Positions 1 to 10,811 are shown, counted from the stretch's first letter. The stretch: 64,000 nt of DNA from Planctomycetota bacterium (GCA_046160785.1 JBJXHE010000017.1:8038-72037), one strand, 5' to 3'. Notes: generated by a model not told the origin, from the letters alone. Numbers and translations are program-made.

Positions 1-2
1 GT

Positions 3-2183
3 AATTTTTCCGAGGAAATATTAAATCAGGCGCTGCGCGGCGAAGGCGCGCTCGTTCCCGAGCGGCTTGCAAAAGAATTAGATATATCGATTGGACAAAA
101 ATTAACGATTCTGTCACGATCGAAGCCCGTCGACGTTGCCGTTCTCGGTTTGCTGCGGCCGTCTAAATTAACAAGCGCGTGGAATCGTACGATTCTAACG
201 GATATCAACTATGCGCAGGAGATTTTTGGTAAAAACGGAAGAGTGGATCGAATTGATTTATTACCGCGCGGAAAATTAACAACCGCGCAATTGCAACAAA
301 ACGCGAAAGGTTATCTTGAGCCGGGCATGCGTCTCGAAGAGCCCCGAACGCGAGGCGAACAGGCCGCGAACATGGTGCGCGCGCTCGAATTTAATTTAAC
401 GGCGCTTTCGGGAATTTCACTGATCGTCGGCGCGGTTTTAGTAGCAACCATGCTCGCGACGTCGGTCGTGCAGCGCCGCCCGATTCTTGCATTATTGCGT
501 TCGCTCGGCGCTACAAATCGGCAGATCATTGCAGTCATTTTATTTGAAGCATTTGTCATCGGGCTGCTCGGCGGAGTGGTTGGAATCCTCGGCGGCTACG
601 GCGGAGCGCAAGCTGCGATCGCTAATATTCGCTCGACGATTTCGGTCGTCGTCCAGGGAGTTCCGTCGAGCGAAATAGAACTTCCGCCGACCGCGATCCC
701 GCTCGGGCTCGGCGTCGGAATTTTAGTATCGCTGATCGCTGCCATATTACCGTTGCGCGAAGCACTTCGAACGCCGCCGATTCAAGGGCTCAGGCGCGAG
801 CGCCCGAAATTATTAAGTTCGCGGTCGTGGATGCGCGCGTCCGCCGCCGCCGTTATATTATTAATAAGTTCGTTTGTATTTTCACAATTGCCGCCAGTCG
901 GTGACCTGCCGTACGCCGCGCTTCTATCCATTCTTGCATTGTTTGTTTGTGTTTTAGTTATATCATCTCCGGCGCTCGACGCGGCCACGCGGTTTATTGC
1001 TAAATTTGACAAATCCTTTGGATTGATTCTTCGCATGGCGTCGGCCGCGCTTTCCGCGGGGAGAACACGCGCCGCGTGGGCGGCTGGCGCCGTGGGGATG
1101 GCCGTCGCGCTCGCGATCGCAATTACAACCATGGTTGGATCATTTCGAACCACGGTGACAGATTTTCTAAATCAAACAATTCAATCGGATGTTTGGATTC
1201 GTCCCGCGACGGCGGCGACGGGCGTACACGTCGGCCGGCTTGATCCGGAAATTGTTAATATCGCATTACAACAATTCGGGCCCGACGTCGTCGATCCGTT
1301 TCATGAGACGTGGGCGTTTATTGGTAATAAGCCCGTGGCCGTCTGCGGCGGCGAATATCGCGTTGTGCTGCGCGGCGCTGGGCTGCCGTTCCGCGACGGG
1401 CGCGACCCCGCGGACGTATTTCGTGAAGCTATCAAAAATAATACAATATTAATTAACGAGCCGCTTGCAAATCGCTTTCATGTCCGCGAAGGTGATTTAT
1501 TAAAATTAACAGTTCCGGGCGGCTTTTTTGAACGGCGCGTCGAAGGCGTTTTTTATGATTATTCAAGAAGCGAGGGAATGATGGTGATGGACCGAAGCGA
1601 TTATCTTAGCGTTTTTCCCGACGACGGCCCGAAAGATATGTCACTATTCTTGAATCCTGGCGAAAGCCCGGAAGCGGCGCGAGCGAAAATGATTGAACTG
1701 CTCGGCGGCCGGTTTCGTGTAGATATTCTATTAAATCGTGAAATCCGTAGCGAGGGAATGCGCGCGTTTGAACGAACGTTTGAAATTACACGCGTTCTGG
1801 AATTAGTATCGAGAATTGTATCCATTGTCGCCGTTATAACAGTTCTTTCCGCGCTCGTCGACGAACGCAGACATGATTTTGCGCTTGTGCGTGCCGTCGG
1901 CGGCGCAAAACTACAAATCATTGGAACCGTCGTTTGGCAGGGGGCGATCCTTGGTTTTGTAAGTATTGCCGGCGGAATTCTTTTTGGCATCCTCGGCGGA
2001 ATAGTATTAGTGAAAGTTGTAAACTTACAATCCTTCGGCTGGACGATGCGGTTCGCGTTGCCGTGGGGCGACATTGCGAGCGTCGCCAGCGCAGTAATCA
2101 CGACGTGCGTCGGCGCGGCTCTCGTGCCCGCGTGGCTGGCGTCTCGCGGCACCCCGCGCGAACTGCTTCGCGAGGATTCGTAG
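3..2183 (+). CDS. FtsX-family ABC transporter permease (MacB/YbbP-like, two FtsX modules); 5' end outside window
   Basis: The frame is open from nt 3 (NFSEEILNQALRGEGALVPERLAKELDISIGQKLTIL..., a MacB-type periplasmic segment), so the listed start at 150 is internal. There are two multi-helix FtsX-like TM blocks, near aa 85-215 and 555-677 of the listed ORF. Stop TAG is at 2181-2183, 1 nt before the next gene. Confidence 0.8.
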   Translation, partial: NFSEEILNQALRGEGALVPERLAKELDISIGQKLTILSRSKPVDVAVLGLLRPSKLTSAWNRTILTDINYAQEIFGKNGRVDRIDLLPRGKLTTAQLQQNAKGYLEPGMRLEEPRTRGEQAANMVRALEFNLTALSGISLIVGAVLVATMLATSVVQRRPILALLRSLGATNRQIIAVILFEAFVIGLLGGVVGILGGYGGAQAAIANIRSTISVVVQGVPSSEIELPPTAIPLGLGVGILVSLIAAILPLREALRTPPIQGLRRERPKLLSSRSWMRASAAAVILLISSFVFSQLPPVGDLPYAALLSILALFVCVLVISSPALDAATRFIAKFDKSFGLILRMASAALSAGRTRAAWAAGAVGMAVALAIAITTMVGSFRTTVTDFLNQTIQSDVWIRPATAATGVHVGRLDPEIVNIALQQFGPDVVDPFHETWAFIGNKPVAVCGGEYRVVLRGAGLPFRDGRDPADVFREAIKNNTILINEPLANRFHVREGDLLKLTVPGGFFERRVEGVFYDYSRSEGMMVMDRSDYLSVFPDDGPKDMSLFLNPGESPEAARAKMIELLGGRFRVDILLNREIRSEGMRAFERTFEITRVLELVSRIVSIVAVITVLSALVDERRHDFALVRAVGGAKLQIIGTVVWQGAILGFVSIAGGILFGILGGIVLVKVVNLQSFGWTMRFALPWGDIASVASAVITTCVGAALVPAWLASRGTPRELLREDS

Positions 2184-2184
2184 T

Positions 2185-3291
2185 ATGTTTAAATTATTCA
2201 TATTAATGGCTTTTTGTTACGTTTGCGCCGCGCCCAGCGGATGGGAGCGAATTTCGCCGTCGCTAACGATGTCGTTTCCACGCGACCACGGTGCACATCT
2301 ACAATTCCAGACAGAATGGTGGTACGTCACGGGCGAAGTCGAGGACGCGTCGGGGTCGCAGTTCGGTTATCAATTAACTATTTTCCGGCGCGGTCTTTCG
2401 CCGGGAAATGTAACAACGGGTGAAAAACCGTTGCATGTGCTCGCCGCGCACTTCGCGGTTGTCGATCTATCGAAAAAGAAATTTAACCACACAAGCCGCC
2501 TGCGGCGTCTCGACGGAAACTTAGCATTCGCGAGTGAACAGAAGTTGCATTGTTTTCTTGAAGATTGGGAAATACAACAATTGCAGGACGGCACGATCGA
2601 CGTTCGCGCATCGGACGCCGCCTCCGAAACGTCAATACAATTTCAACTGAATATAAAGAAAGACGCCGTGCTGCACGGGAAGAATGGATATTCACAAAAA
2701 GGCCCCGACCCCGGGAACGCGTCTGCGTACCTGAGCTGGACTCGCCTCGCAACGCGCGGAACGTTACAAATTCAGGGCAAGAATCTTAATATTACAGGTG
2801 AAAGCTGGTTCGATCACGAGTGGGGGACGAGCCAGCTCGCGAGCGGCGTCGTGGGCTGGGATTGGTTTGGCCTCCGCTTCGACGACGGGCGCGAATTGAT
2901 GCTTTACGGCCTTCGCCGCCCCGACGGAACCTATCTAAAACAATCTGGCGGAACGCTGATTGATACAGTTAATATAGGTAATACAGTTGATAAAGATGGA
3001 AACGGCGGAAAAGCTCGAAGTTTAACGTTTGACGATTTTGAAATGAAACCGCTTGCGCACTGGACGAGCCCCGCAACGAAAGGTAAATATCCAATTCGCT
3101 GGCGCATTCGAATTCCCGGTGAAAAGATAGAATTAGACGTGACTGCGAAAATTAACAATTCCGAATTGGATACGAGCGATTCAACAGGAGTTATCTATTG
3201 GGAAGGGCCGGTGCGCGTTGAGGGCACTCATCGCGGCACCGGCTACATGGAACTTACAGGATATGCGGGCACGCTCGGCGGCCGCTTTTAG
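2185..3291 (+). CDS. AttH-like lipocalin-domain protein (CrtC/hydroxyneurosporene-synthase-like fold)
   Basis: The N-terminus is signal-like (MFKLFILMAFCYVCAA). The FPRDHGAH...TEWWYVTG motif is typical of the AttH/CrtC-like family. The ATG lies 1 nt after the FtsX permease stop, which is the usual permease + AttH pairing. Confidence 0.75.
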   Translation: MFKLFILMAFCYVCAAPSGWERISPSLTMSFPRDHGAHLQFQTEWWYVTGEVEDASGSQFGYQLTIFRRGLSPGNVTTGEKPLHVLAAHFAVVDLSKKKFNHTSRLRRLDGNLAFASEQKLHCFLEDWEIQQLQDGTIDVRASDAASETSIQFQLNIKKDAVLHGKNGYSQKGPDPGNASAYLSWTRLATRGTLQIQGKNLNITGESWFDHEWGTSQLASGVVGWDWFGLRFDDGRELMLYGLRRPDGTYLKQSGGTLIDTVNIGNTVDKDGNGGKARSLTFDDFEMKPLAHWTSPATKGKYPIRWRIRIPGEKIELDVTAKINNSELDTSDSTGVIYWEGPVRVEGTHRGTGYMELTGYAGTLGGRF

Positions 3292-3305
3292 TATACTCTG
3301 TAATA

Positions 3306-5582
3306 TTAAGATTCAACTTCATAGAACGCACCCTTGAACTGAACGACAACATTCTTGCCGAGCGCGACACACGACGCGAGTTCCGGTTCCTTTGCGATCA
3401 GCGCGAAGTAGTCGTCCGAAAGAAACTTAATTTTAACAATATTGGTTTTGTCACGATCGGTAAACGTGTTTTCAACCCAGACATTGTTAACGTTCTGAAA
3501 AACGCGCTTTCCAACATTTCGCGTATTGGCGCGAATCGCGTCGGCGAGTTTTCCGCCGTCGCGCCGCTCCAATGATAGTATTACTTTTCCAGCAGCAGGC
3601 GGAGCGGTATTCGGTGCGGCGGCCGACGTCGAAGCTAAGTCTGACGCATTCTTACTATCTTCGACCGCGACTTCTCCAGAGGCTTTCTTTTCTAATGTTT
3701 CGAGCCTTCGTACGGAATCACGAACTTCATCTTCGAACGCGTCGCGGTCGCCGGCGAGGCCGCCGCCAAACGTTTCGCCCCATCCCGGACGTGGATTTGA
3801 TATACCGCGCGCGCTCGACAATCGTTGATTCTCTTCGACGACCAGAAATGATGTATACGGCGTAATAATATTATATTCTTTTCCGAGGCGCTTTATTTCA
3901 TCTATCAATTCGGGGTTGCTGCCGCGCAGGCGAATCTCATCCAAGAGGAATCCTACTTTTCGACCGGCCCAGAGCGCGGCTGTTGTATCATATTTTTCCT
4001 CGACTCTCGGAAAGTAAACTTCATAGGTAAATTCACGTTTCGATTCGCCGAACCGTCCGGAGAGTTTTAGTATCTTCTTTCCGTCGCCGCGATACCGGCC
4101 CGTCACCACGAGCTGGCTTCCGCGAAACAAATCGGGAAGCTGCCGCGGATATACATCAAAAAACTCGGCGTCGCCGCCGTCGATCGCAACGTCGGAAAGC
4201 ACGGGATTCGCTACTTTATCAAATAACGCGGAAACTTTTATTTCAACGTCTTCCTGCGGATGTACATATTCGCGAGCTGCCTTCGATTCGTTTGCGAGCG
4301 CGTCGAGTAATTGTGTATTAACGTCGAAGCCAACGCCAAATGTAAAGATTCGAAGGCCTTTTGTATTCTTTCCGCGGACTTTATTAAGTAATTGATTTTT
4401 ATCTGTAATTCCGACTGTCGGCAAACCGTCGGTTAAGAAAAATATCATTTGCATGCGTCCGGGCGCGGGTTCGTGGCGCAGCGCCGTGGAGAGCGCTTCA
4501 TCAATATTAGTGCCTCCGCGCGCTTCGAGTTTTTGGACCCACGCGCGAGCGCCTTCAATATTATCTTTTGTTGTTTCACAAATTTCCGGGCGAAACGCTT
4601 CGGCCTCGGTCGAAAATCGTATCATTGCAAAACGGTCATTGGCTGTCAGCCTTCCTAAACATTGCGCAAGCGCCTTCTTAGCTTGTTCCATCTTTTCGCC
4701 CGCCATGCTTCCCGATGTATCAAATACAAAAATAACATCTTTCGGCAATATTTGCGACGGCGCGAGATCGAAACGCGGCGTTAGCGATAACGTAAAGAAT
4801 CCGGGAGAGCCCACCGCGCGATGCACGAGAACGAGCGCGCCGAAGTCGCTTTGCGGCGAAACGAAAGTTAATATAAAGTTTTTGATTTGCGACGCGCCAG
4901 CGCCTTCATACGAAAAACGCGCAGCCTTTGAATTGATTTGTTTAACATCGAGCGCGTGCGTTGGCGAGTAGATACTTGCGATCGCGCGCTGCGAATCGAT
5001 CGTGCCTTCAATAATAAAAGACCGGATTCCCGCAGGAGAAAGCGCCGCGAGGCGCAAAGGTAATATATATTCTGAGAAACCTGCGGAGTCGCCGAGCAAA
5101 GTTGTATATTTTAATTGTACACGCGCCTGTCCGCGCGCGGGCACCGGGAATACCGACGCGCGCACGCAGCCGAGCCCGGCCCATTCGAGAATCGCGGGGT
5201 CGCGCTGCGATCGAACAATTCCTTCGTAGATCGAGCGCGCCTTATCTTTATCTAACAATTCCGCTTTTTGTGCTTTGCCGTCGATCCACAATTGAAAATC
5301 CGATACGGTCGCGCCCTCCGGAAGCGGCCAAATATAAGATTCTTCCGCGGGGGCGTTAGACGGATTATTAAATATCTGTTCGAGTTCCGTCGTTGCAGTC
5401 GTGTCATTGATGCGGATCGTCGCTCGTAGCGTGTCGAGATGCAAAACGCGCTGCGAAACCGATTGAATTGTAAATTCACGGTCGCGCGGAAGCGGCGCGA
5501 GTTGCCGCAGCGGCGTTGAGAATAATGGTATTGATAATGATAACGATAAAAGTGTAACTGTAGCGAGTCCCATTGATAGCAT
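3306..5582 (-). CDS. Secreted VIT + von Willebrand factor A domain protein (paralog B)
   Basis: The N-terminus is hydrophobic. A VIT-like region reads TIRINDTTATTELEQIF..YIWPLPEGATVSDFQLWIDGK. The VWA MIDAS motif is DVIFVFDTSGSMAGEK ... FLTDGLPT. The C-terminal ~65 aa are shared with the upstream paralog. Confidence 0.8.
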   Translation of the reverse strand: MLSMGLATVTLLSLSLSIPLFSTPLRQLAPLPRDREFTIQSVSQRVLHLDTLRATIRINDTTATTELEQIFNNPSNAPAEESYIWPLPEGATVSDFQLWIDGKAQKAELLDKDKARSIYEGIVRSQRDPAILEWAGLGCVRASVFPVPARGQARVQLKYTTLLGDSAGFSEYILPLRLAALSPAGIRSFIIEGTIDSQRAIASIYSPTHALDVKQINSKAARFSYEGAGASQIKNFILTFVSPQSDFGALVLVHRAVGSPGFFTLSLTPRFDLAPSQILPKDVIFVFDTSGSMAGEKMEQAKKALAQCLGRLTANDRFAMIRFSTEAEAFRPEICETTKDNIEGARAWVQKLEARGGTNIDEALSTALRHEPAPGRMQMIFFLTDGLPTVGITDKNQLLNKVRGKNTKGLRIFTFGVGFDVNTQLLDALANESKAAREYVHPQEDVEIKVSALFDKVANPVLSDVAIDGGDAEFFDVYPRQLPDLFRGSQLVVTGRYRGDGKKILKLSGRFGESKREFTYEVYFPRVEEKYDTTAALWAGRKVGFLLDEIRLRGSNPELIDEIKRLGKEYNIITPYTSFLVVEENQRLSSARGISNPRPGWGETFGGGLAGDRDAFEDEVRDSVRRLETLEKKASGEVAVEDSKNASDLASTSAAAPNTAPPAAGKVILSLERRDGGKLADAIRANTRNVGKRVFQNVNNVWVENTFTDRDKTNIVKIKFLSDDYFALIAKEPELASCVALGKNVVVQFKGAFYEVES

Positions 5583-5699
5583 TCCGGCCGGCCGACTTTC
5601 GCCTCCGATCCAAGCCCCGGCAACTGCGCGGATCGCTGACGGCGCGCTACCTCGTGGTATCGCCCGCCGAATCCATCACGAATCCCCGCGTTTTTTCTT

Positions 5700-5747
5700 A
5701 GGGACAGGTTAGGGGACAGGTTTGTACCTGTCCCCGGGACTGTCCCT
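5700..5747 (-). other. Two-tier GC-rich hairpin overlapping the stop codon of the upstream VIT-VWA gene
   Basis: The structure is AGGGACAG-gtta-GGGGACAGG-tttgta-CCTGTCCCC-ggga-CTGTCCCT, with a 9-bp inner and an 8-bp outer stem. Stop TAG (5746-5748) sits in the outer stem. No U-run follows on the coding (minus) strand, so it is not a canonical intrinsic terminator. Confidence 0.6.
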
Positions 5748-8031
5748 AGTCATGAATTTCATAAAAGACGTCGCCGACCTTAACGACGACGCGTTTGCCG
5801 AGCGCGAAACACGCGGCGAGCGAGGGCTCTTTCTTAAGGAGACTAAAATATTCGTTCGACAGGAATTGTATTTTTACAATTTTCTCTTTGTAGCTTTCGG
5901 TAAACGCCGATTCCACCCAAACGGTATCTATCAATTGGAACACGCGCGCGCCAACGGTCCGCGTCGTTTTTTGTAATGTCGGTATTGTAGGCGTGCGAAT
6001 TATAGTATCGGCGGGTCCGGGATACGTTGGACCGCCCGCGGCCGGAGTCGTCGGGCCGCCGGGTGCTGGCGTCGCCGGGCTACTTCCACCGGTAGGCGGC
6101 GAGGGAACTCCGGGCCGGCGGCCGGGACGCGCTGAAGGCGGATCCGGAGAGCTAAATCCGCCCGTTTGTTTACTTAACAAATCCGCTGCTTCGCTAGCAT
6201 CCACGGACGATGCGCCGGTTGTATTTGTAGCTAATGTTTCAAACCTCTTGCGCGCCGCGGCCGCTTCGCCGCGTTCCGAATTTGTTAATGTTCCGTCGCC
6301 GCGAAGGCGCGATGCGTCGACGCCGCGCGCGGCCGCGAGCCGTTCGCCGTCTTCAACAACTAAAAATGATGTGTAGGGAGTGATGATATGATATTTCCGC
6401 CCGACGCTCTTAATCTCATCGACGAGTTCCGGATTGTTACCATTCTTGCGGATTTCGTCGAGGAGGAATCCAACTTTTCGCGCCGCCCATAATTTACGAA
6501 TAGAATCATAACGTTCCTCTTTCGCTGGAAAATTAAAACTACAATTCCACTCTCGCGTCTCGCCAGCGACGTTGCCGAGCACTCGAATGGTTGTTATTCC
6601 GGCTCCTTGATAGCGGCCCGCGACGACGAGCCGGCCTCCGCGGAAAAGATCGGGCAGGCGTTTTGGATATATTTCAGATACGGCGAGGCCGTCCAAAAGA
6701 ATTGTTGTATCTGTTACGACTGGGCTCGACACTTTATCAAAGAGGGCGGAAATCTTAATTTCAATATTCTCTTCCGGACGCGCGTATTCCGTAATTCCGC
6801 GCGTCGTGTCGGCGAGTGAATCGAGCAGAACTGTATTCACGTTGACGCCGACGCCAAATGTAAAGATTCGAGTTTTGCGCCGGTTCATCGACTCGACCGA
6901 TCGCAAAATTTCTTTAACATCTGTGGATCCCACGGTCGGGATTCCGTCTGTTATGAAAAGAATCATGGCAAGGCGGTTTTCATTAGCTACTAATCGCAGC
7001 GCGGCGCTCAAAGCATCATGTATATTCGTTCCTCCGGCAGCTTCAATATTACGAATACAATTCGAAGCCTCCTCGACGTTTTCATTGGTTTTATCCAATA
7101 ATTTTTCGCTCTGGATCGAAACCTCCGAGCCGAAACGAATGAGAGCGAAGCGGTCGTGTGCTTCGAGGTGGCGAATACAATAATCGAGAGCGAGCTTGGC
7201 TTGCTCGATTTTCTCGCCGCGCATGCTGCCCGAAGTATCGCATACAAATATAACATCTTTTGGAATGGTGCGATTTGCATCAATGTTAGGATTGAAAACT
7301 AATGAAAAGAAACCGTCTTCGCCGGGCGTTCGATGCGCGACGGCCATCGATCCGAGCTCGTTGCCCGGATTTGCGTAAAGCAGCGAAAAATCTTTAACTT
7401 GAGATGGATCGTTCGTCTCAAACGAGAATTTTGATATCTTGTCTGTTGTTATAAATGCGGTGGTGTGCGTCGGCGAATAGGCCGTTAATATTTGTTTGTC
7501 CGACTCGACTGAACCGTCAATCACAAATGATCTGACGCCGCGCGGAGCGAGCGCGGCGAGCCGCAGCGGAAGCACATATTCATGAAACGGCCCCGTGGAA
7601 TGTATCAAATGAGAATATTGTAATTTAACTTTGGCGGTTCCACGCGCGGGCACCGGAAAAATCGACGCGCGCACGCACCCCTGGCCCGCCCATTCGAGAA
7701 GTCCGGGATCGCGCCGGCTCATAACAATTCGTTCGTAAACTCCTCGCGCCGTTTCTTTATCAAGCACCTCCGCGCTCATGGGTTTTCCGTCCATCCATAA
7801 TTGAAATTGCGTTACGGATGCGCCCTCCGGAATCGGCCAAAGATACTGTTCTTCGACGGGCGAATTCCGTTCATTACGAAACGTTTGCTCGATTTCGGTC
7901 GTCGCGACGTTATTAACAATTCGGACGTTCGCCGATATCGACTCTAAATGTAGCGTCAGAGCCTGATCGTTGGATGTCGCGCCCTGAACGGCGGCAAGAC
8001 TAAAAATGAATAATAGTAGTGTATTCAGCAC
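5746..8031 (-). CDS. Secreted VIT + von Willebrand factor A domain protein (paralog A)
   Basis: A signal peptide is present (MLNTLLLFIFSLAAVQGA). The VIT-like N-terminus and MIDAS motif (DVIFVCDTSGSMRGEK ... FITDGIPT) match paralog B. There is a Pro/Gly-rich linker, and the conserved C-terminal domain is shared with 3306-5582. Confidence 0.8.
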   Translation of the reverse strand: MLNTLLLFIFSLAAVQGATSNDQALTLHLESISANVRIVNNVATTEIEQTFRNERNSPVEEQYLWPIPEGASVTQFQLWMDGKPMSAEVLDKETARGVYERIVMSRRDPGLLEWAGQGCVRASIFPVPARGTAKVKLQYSHLIHSTGPFHEYVLPLRLAALAPRGVRSFVIDGSVESDKQILTAYSPTHTTAFITTDKISKFSFETNDPSQVKDFSLLYANPGNELGSMAVAHRTPGEDGFFSLVFNPNIDANRTIPKDVIFVCDTSGSMRGEKIEQAKLALDYCIRHLEAHDRFALIRFGSEVSIQSEKLLDKTNENVEEASNCIRNIEAAGGTNIHDALSAALRLVANENRLAMILFITDGIPTVGSTDVKEILRSVESMNRRKTRIFTFGVGVNVNTVLLDSLADTTRGITEYARPEENIEIKISALFDKVSSPVVTDTTILLDGLAVSEIYPKRLPDLFRGGRLVVAGRYQGAGITTIRVLGNVAGETREWNCSFNFPAKEERYDSIRKLWAARKVGFLLDEIRKNGNNPELVDEIKSVGRKYHIITPYTSFLVVEDGERLAAARGVDASRLRGDGTLTNSERGEAAAARKRFETLATNTTGASSVDASEAADLLSKQTGGFSSPDPPSARPGRRPGVPSPPTGGSSPATPAPGGPTTPAAGGPTYPGPADTIIRTPTIPTLQKTTRTVGARVFQLIDTVWVESAFTESYKEKIVKIQFLSNEYFSLLKKEPSLAACFALGKRVVVKVGDVFYEIHD

Positions 8032-8107
8032 GGCGAACCTCAGCGTGCTGTAGCGAACGACCGTGGAAATGTCACATCGTGATCATTTCTTCTGCAATGA
8101 GAATTCT

Positions 8108-9169
8108 CTATTTCTTAGCTTTCTTCGGCGGCAGAAGCGAATCACCCGTGGGCTTCGGCGTTTCGGCACCTGATGCAATCAGCGAAGAGCCGAGATACAC
8201 ACCGCGCACCAGTTTCTCCATATTATCAAATTCAATCTTATCAACTTCGTCGTTCGGAGTATGATAATCTTCGTGCGTCGATCCGGCGCTGACGGTTTGT
8301 CCAATGATACCTTTTAGGATAAAAGCAACATTGTCGGATCTCATATAATACCGCTGTTCGGGATACGGATCTTGATAAATCTCGACGCCCGCCGCTTTTC
8401 CTCCAATCGCGAGAATGGGCCCTAATGTTGAATATTCCCATCCCGTGACCCACGCCTTGTTTTTGCCAATGCCGTGGCTGCGTCCTAACATTTCCAAATT
8501 GATATTACACAGTGTTTTTTCGAGCGGAACTGCAGGATTTGTAACATAACCTTTCGAGCCGAACCCGCCCATTTCCTCGCCCGTGAAGCACGCGAATACA
8601 AGCGTGTGTTTCGGAGCCTTCGCGCGGGATTTGTAAGCTTTCGCCAACGCTAAGACTGCGACGGTTCCCGAGCCATCGTCGTCGGCTCCATTATTAATAT
8701 CGTCGCCTTCCTTGTTCGGTTTGCCTCGTCCGATATGATCATAATGCGCGGAGAATACAATTGCCTTCGCGTCGGGATCGGTGCCTTTGATAACGCCGAT
8801 AACATTATAAATCTCGGTTTTCGGCTCGCCTTCCTTTTTGTTATGATCCAATCTTCCGGCGTCAACTTGCTGAAGATAAGACTTCTTTTCGCCGCTTTTG
8901 TCTAATTTTAATTCTTCAAACCGCTTTGCAAGATATTCCGCGGCTTTCTTTTCGCCCGGGCTTCCCGTCAGGCGCCCTTCGAGTTCGTCGGATGCTAAGA
9001 ATGTGAGATCGCGTTTCAATTCGTCCGCGAGAATTTGTTTTGCCGCTTCGAGGTCGGCGGCGTCGGGCTTTTTCTCGTTGCGAAGGACAGACGGCGCGAA
9101 CGCGGCGGTGAATGCAATGATCGAAAAAAGGAATGTGATAGTTCGGGGCATGGCGCGGGATGTTAACAT
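8108..9169 (-). CDS. M28-family zinc aminopeptidase, secreted
   Basis: M28 metal-ligand context: [40 protein letters not shown] signal-like [19 protein letters not shown] follows the alternative ATG at 9151. Confidence 0.8.
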   Translation of the reverse strand: MLTSRAMPRTITFLFSIIAFTAAFAPSVLRNEKKPDAADLEAAKQILADELKRDLTFLASDELEGRLTGSPGEKKAAEYLAKRFEELKLDKSGEKKSYLQQVDAGRLDHNKKEGEPKTEIYNVIGVIKGTDPDAKAIVFSAHYDHIGRGKPNKEGDDINNGADDDGSGTVAVLALAKAYKSRAKAPKHTLVFACFTGEEMGGFGSKGYVTNPAVPLEKTLCNINLEMLGRSHGIGKNKAWVTGWEYSTLGPILAIGGKAAGVEIYQDPYPEQRYYMRSDNVAFILKGIIGQTVSAGSTHEDYHTPNDEVDKIEFDNMEKLVRGVYLGSSLIASGAETPKPTGDSLLPPKKAKK

Positions 9170-9176
9170 CAGAGAG

Positions 9177-10811
9177 ATGACAGATTCGTCGCCCGAGCGA
9201 AATCGTTGGTTTGAAAATATCTACCGTCCCGCCGTCGAGAAATCGGCCGAACGGGAAATATCATTTGCAACGCCATCCGGAATTCCACTCGAGCCGCTCT
9301 ACGGCGCCGGCGACGGGATGCCCGGCGAATATCCGTATACTCGCGGCATCCGGCCGTCGATGTACCGCGGGCGGTTTTGGACAATGCGACAATACGCGGG
9401 CTTCGGCTCGGCGCGCGAGACGAATCGGCGATTCCAGTTTTTGTTAGAAAACGGGCAGACGGGACTTTCGACCGCGTTCGATCTGCCGACGCAGATTGGT
9501 TATGACCCGGATCATCCGCTCGCGGCGGCGGAAGTCGGGAAAGTGGGCGTGCCGATTCCGTCGCTCGCAGATTTTGAGCGTTTATTTGATAATATACCGT
9601 TAGGAAAAGTATCAACGTCGATGACCATCAATTCGACGGCGCCGATATTATTATCAATGTACGTGGCGCTCGCGCGGCGGCAGAATGTACCAAAAGAGAA
9701 GATCGACGGAACTGTACAAAACGACTTATTAAAAGAATTCACCTCGCGCGGAACGTATCGGTTTCCGGTGCGGCCGTCGATGCGTCTTGTTATTGATACA
9801 ATTGCGTGGGCGAATGAAAACGCGCCGAACTTCAATCCAATTAGCATTTCGGGCTACCACATGCGCGAGGCCGGGTGTACCGCGCCGCAGGAGCTCGCGT
9901 TTACATTATCAAACGGGATTGCTTACGTTCGCGCTGCGCTCGAACGCGGATTAGATATTGATAAATTCGGCGCGCGACTGTCGTTTTTCTTTAATTCACA
10001 CAATAACCTATTCGAAGAGATTGCTAAATTTCGCGCGGCGCGGCGCATGTGGGCTAAAATTATGAAAGAGCGGTTCGGAGCAAAAAACCCGAACGCGTGG
10101 CAACTGCGTTTTCATACACAAACCGCGGGCTCCATGTTAACAAGCCAGCAACCGGATAATAACGTTGCGCGCGTTACCATTCAGGCGCTTGCGGCGGTTC
10201 TCGGAGGAACGCAATCATTACATACTAATTCCAAAGATGAAGCGTTATCATTGCCAAGCGAAGTTTCTGCGCGAACGGCGCTGCGGACGCAGCAGATATT
10301 AGCATTAGAATCGGGAGCCGCCGACGTCGTCGATCCGCTCGGCGGCGCGCCTTTTATTGAAAACCTCACTGACGACGTCGAATCGCGCGCATTACAATTA
10401 ATACAACAAATCGACGAAATGGGCGGCGCGGCGCCGGCGATCGAAAATGGATTTGTACAAAGAGAAATTCACAGATCCGCGCTCGCGTGGCAGCGCGACG
10501 TTGAATCTTCGAAGCGAAAAATTGTTGGTGTTAATTGTTATACTGTCGACGAGCCGGACCCGCCCGCGATCTTTAAGATTGATCCGAACGCGGTCGCGGA
10601 AGTGCTGGAGTCAGTCGATCGCGTACGAAAGACGCGCGATGCGGCGAAAGTTAATGATTGTCTCGACGCGCTTCAAGGCGCGGCGCGCGACGAGAAACTT
10701 AACTTAGTATCGTATTTGTATGATTGCGTTGAGGCGTACGCGACGGTGGGGGAGATGTGCGAGAGGATGGAGAGGGTTTTCGGTAAGTATCGCGCGCCAT
10801 CGATTTTTTAA
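9177..10811 (+). CDS. Methylmalonyl-CoA mutase family, large (substrate-binding TIM-barrel) subunit without a B12-binding domain
   Basis: The sequence contains [24 protein letters not shown] and [18 protein letters not shown], the Tyr/Arg pattern of MCM rather than ICM. It ends at ~544 aa with no DxHxxG B12 domain. The listed ORF start at 8898 is antisense to the peptidase, so ATG 9177 is chosen. Confidence 0.8.
   Translation: MTDSSPERNRWFENIYRPAVEKSAEREISFATPSGIPLEPLYGAGDGMPGEYPYTRGIRPSMYRGRFWTMRQYAGFGSARETNRRFQFLLENGQTGLSTAFDLPTQIGYDPDHPLAAAEVGKVGVPIPSLADFERLFDNIPLGKVSTSMTINSTAPILLSMYVALARRQNVPKEKIDGTVQNDLLKEFTSRGTYRFPVRPSMRLVIDTIAWANENAPNFNPISISGYHMREAGCTAPQELAFTLSNGIAYVRAALERGLDIDKFGARLSFFFNSHNNLFEEIAKFRAARRMWAKIMKERFGAKNPNAWQLRFHTQTAGSMLTSQQPDNNVARVTIQALAAVLGGTQSLHTNSKDEALSLPSEVSARTALRTQQILALESGAADVVDPLGGAPFIENLTDDVESRALQLIQQIDEMGGAAPAIENGFVQREIHRSALAWQRDVESSKRKIVGVNCYTVDEPDPPAIFKIDPNAVAEVLESVDRVRKTRDAAKVNDCLDALQGAARDEKLNLVSYLYDCVEAYATVGEMCERMERVFGKYRAPSIF

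Noticed and set aside
8898-9176. Upstream extensions of three listed ORFs beyond conserved N-termini: MCM at 8898, the oxidoreductase at 23479 and motA at 38182
   Set aside because: - The extensions run antisense through neighbouring genes or intergenic DNA.
- They have no homology-like sequence and begin at GTG or TTG.
- Internal ATGs at 9177, 23749 and 38335 give canonical N-termini.
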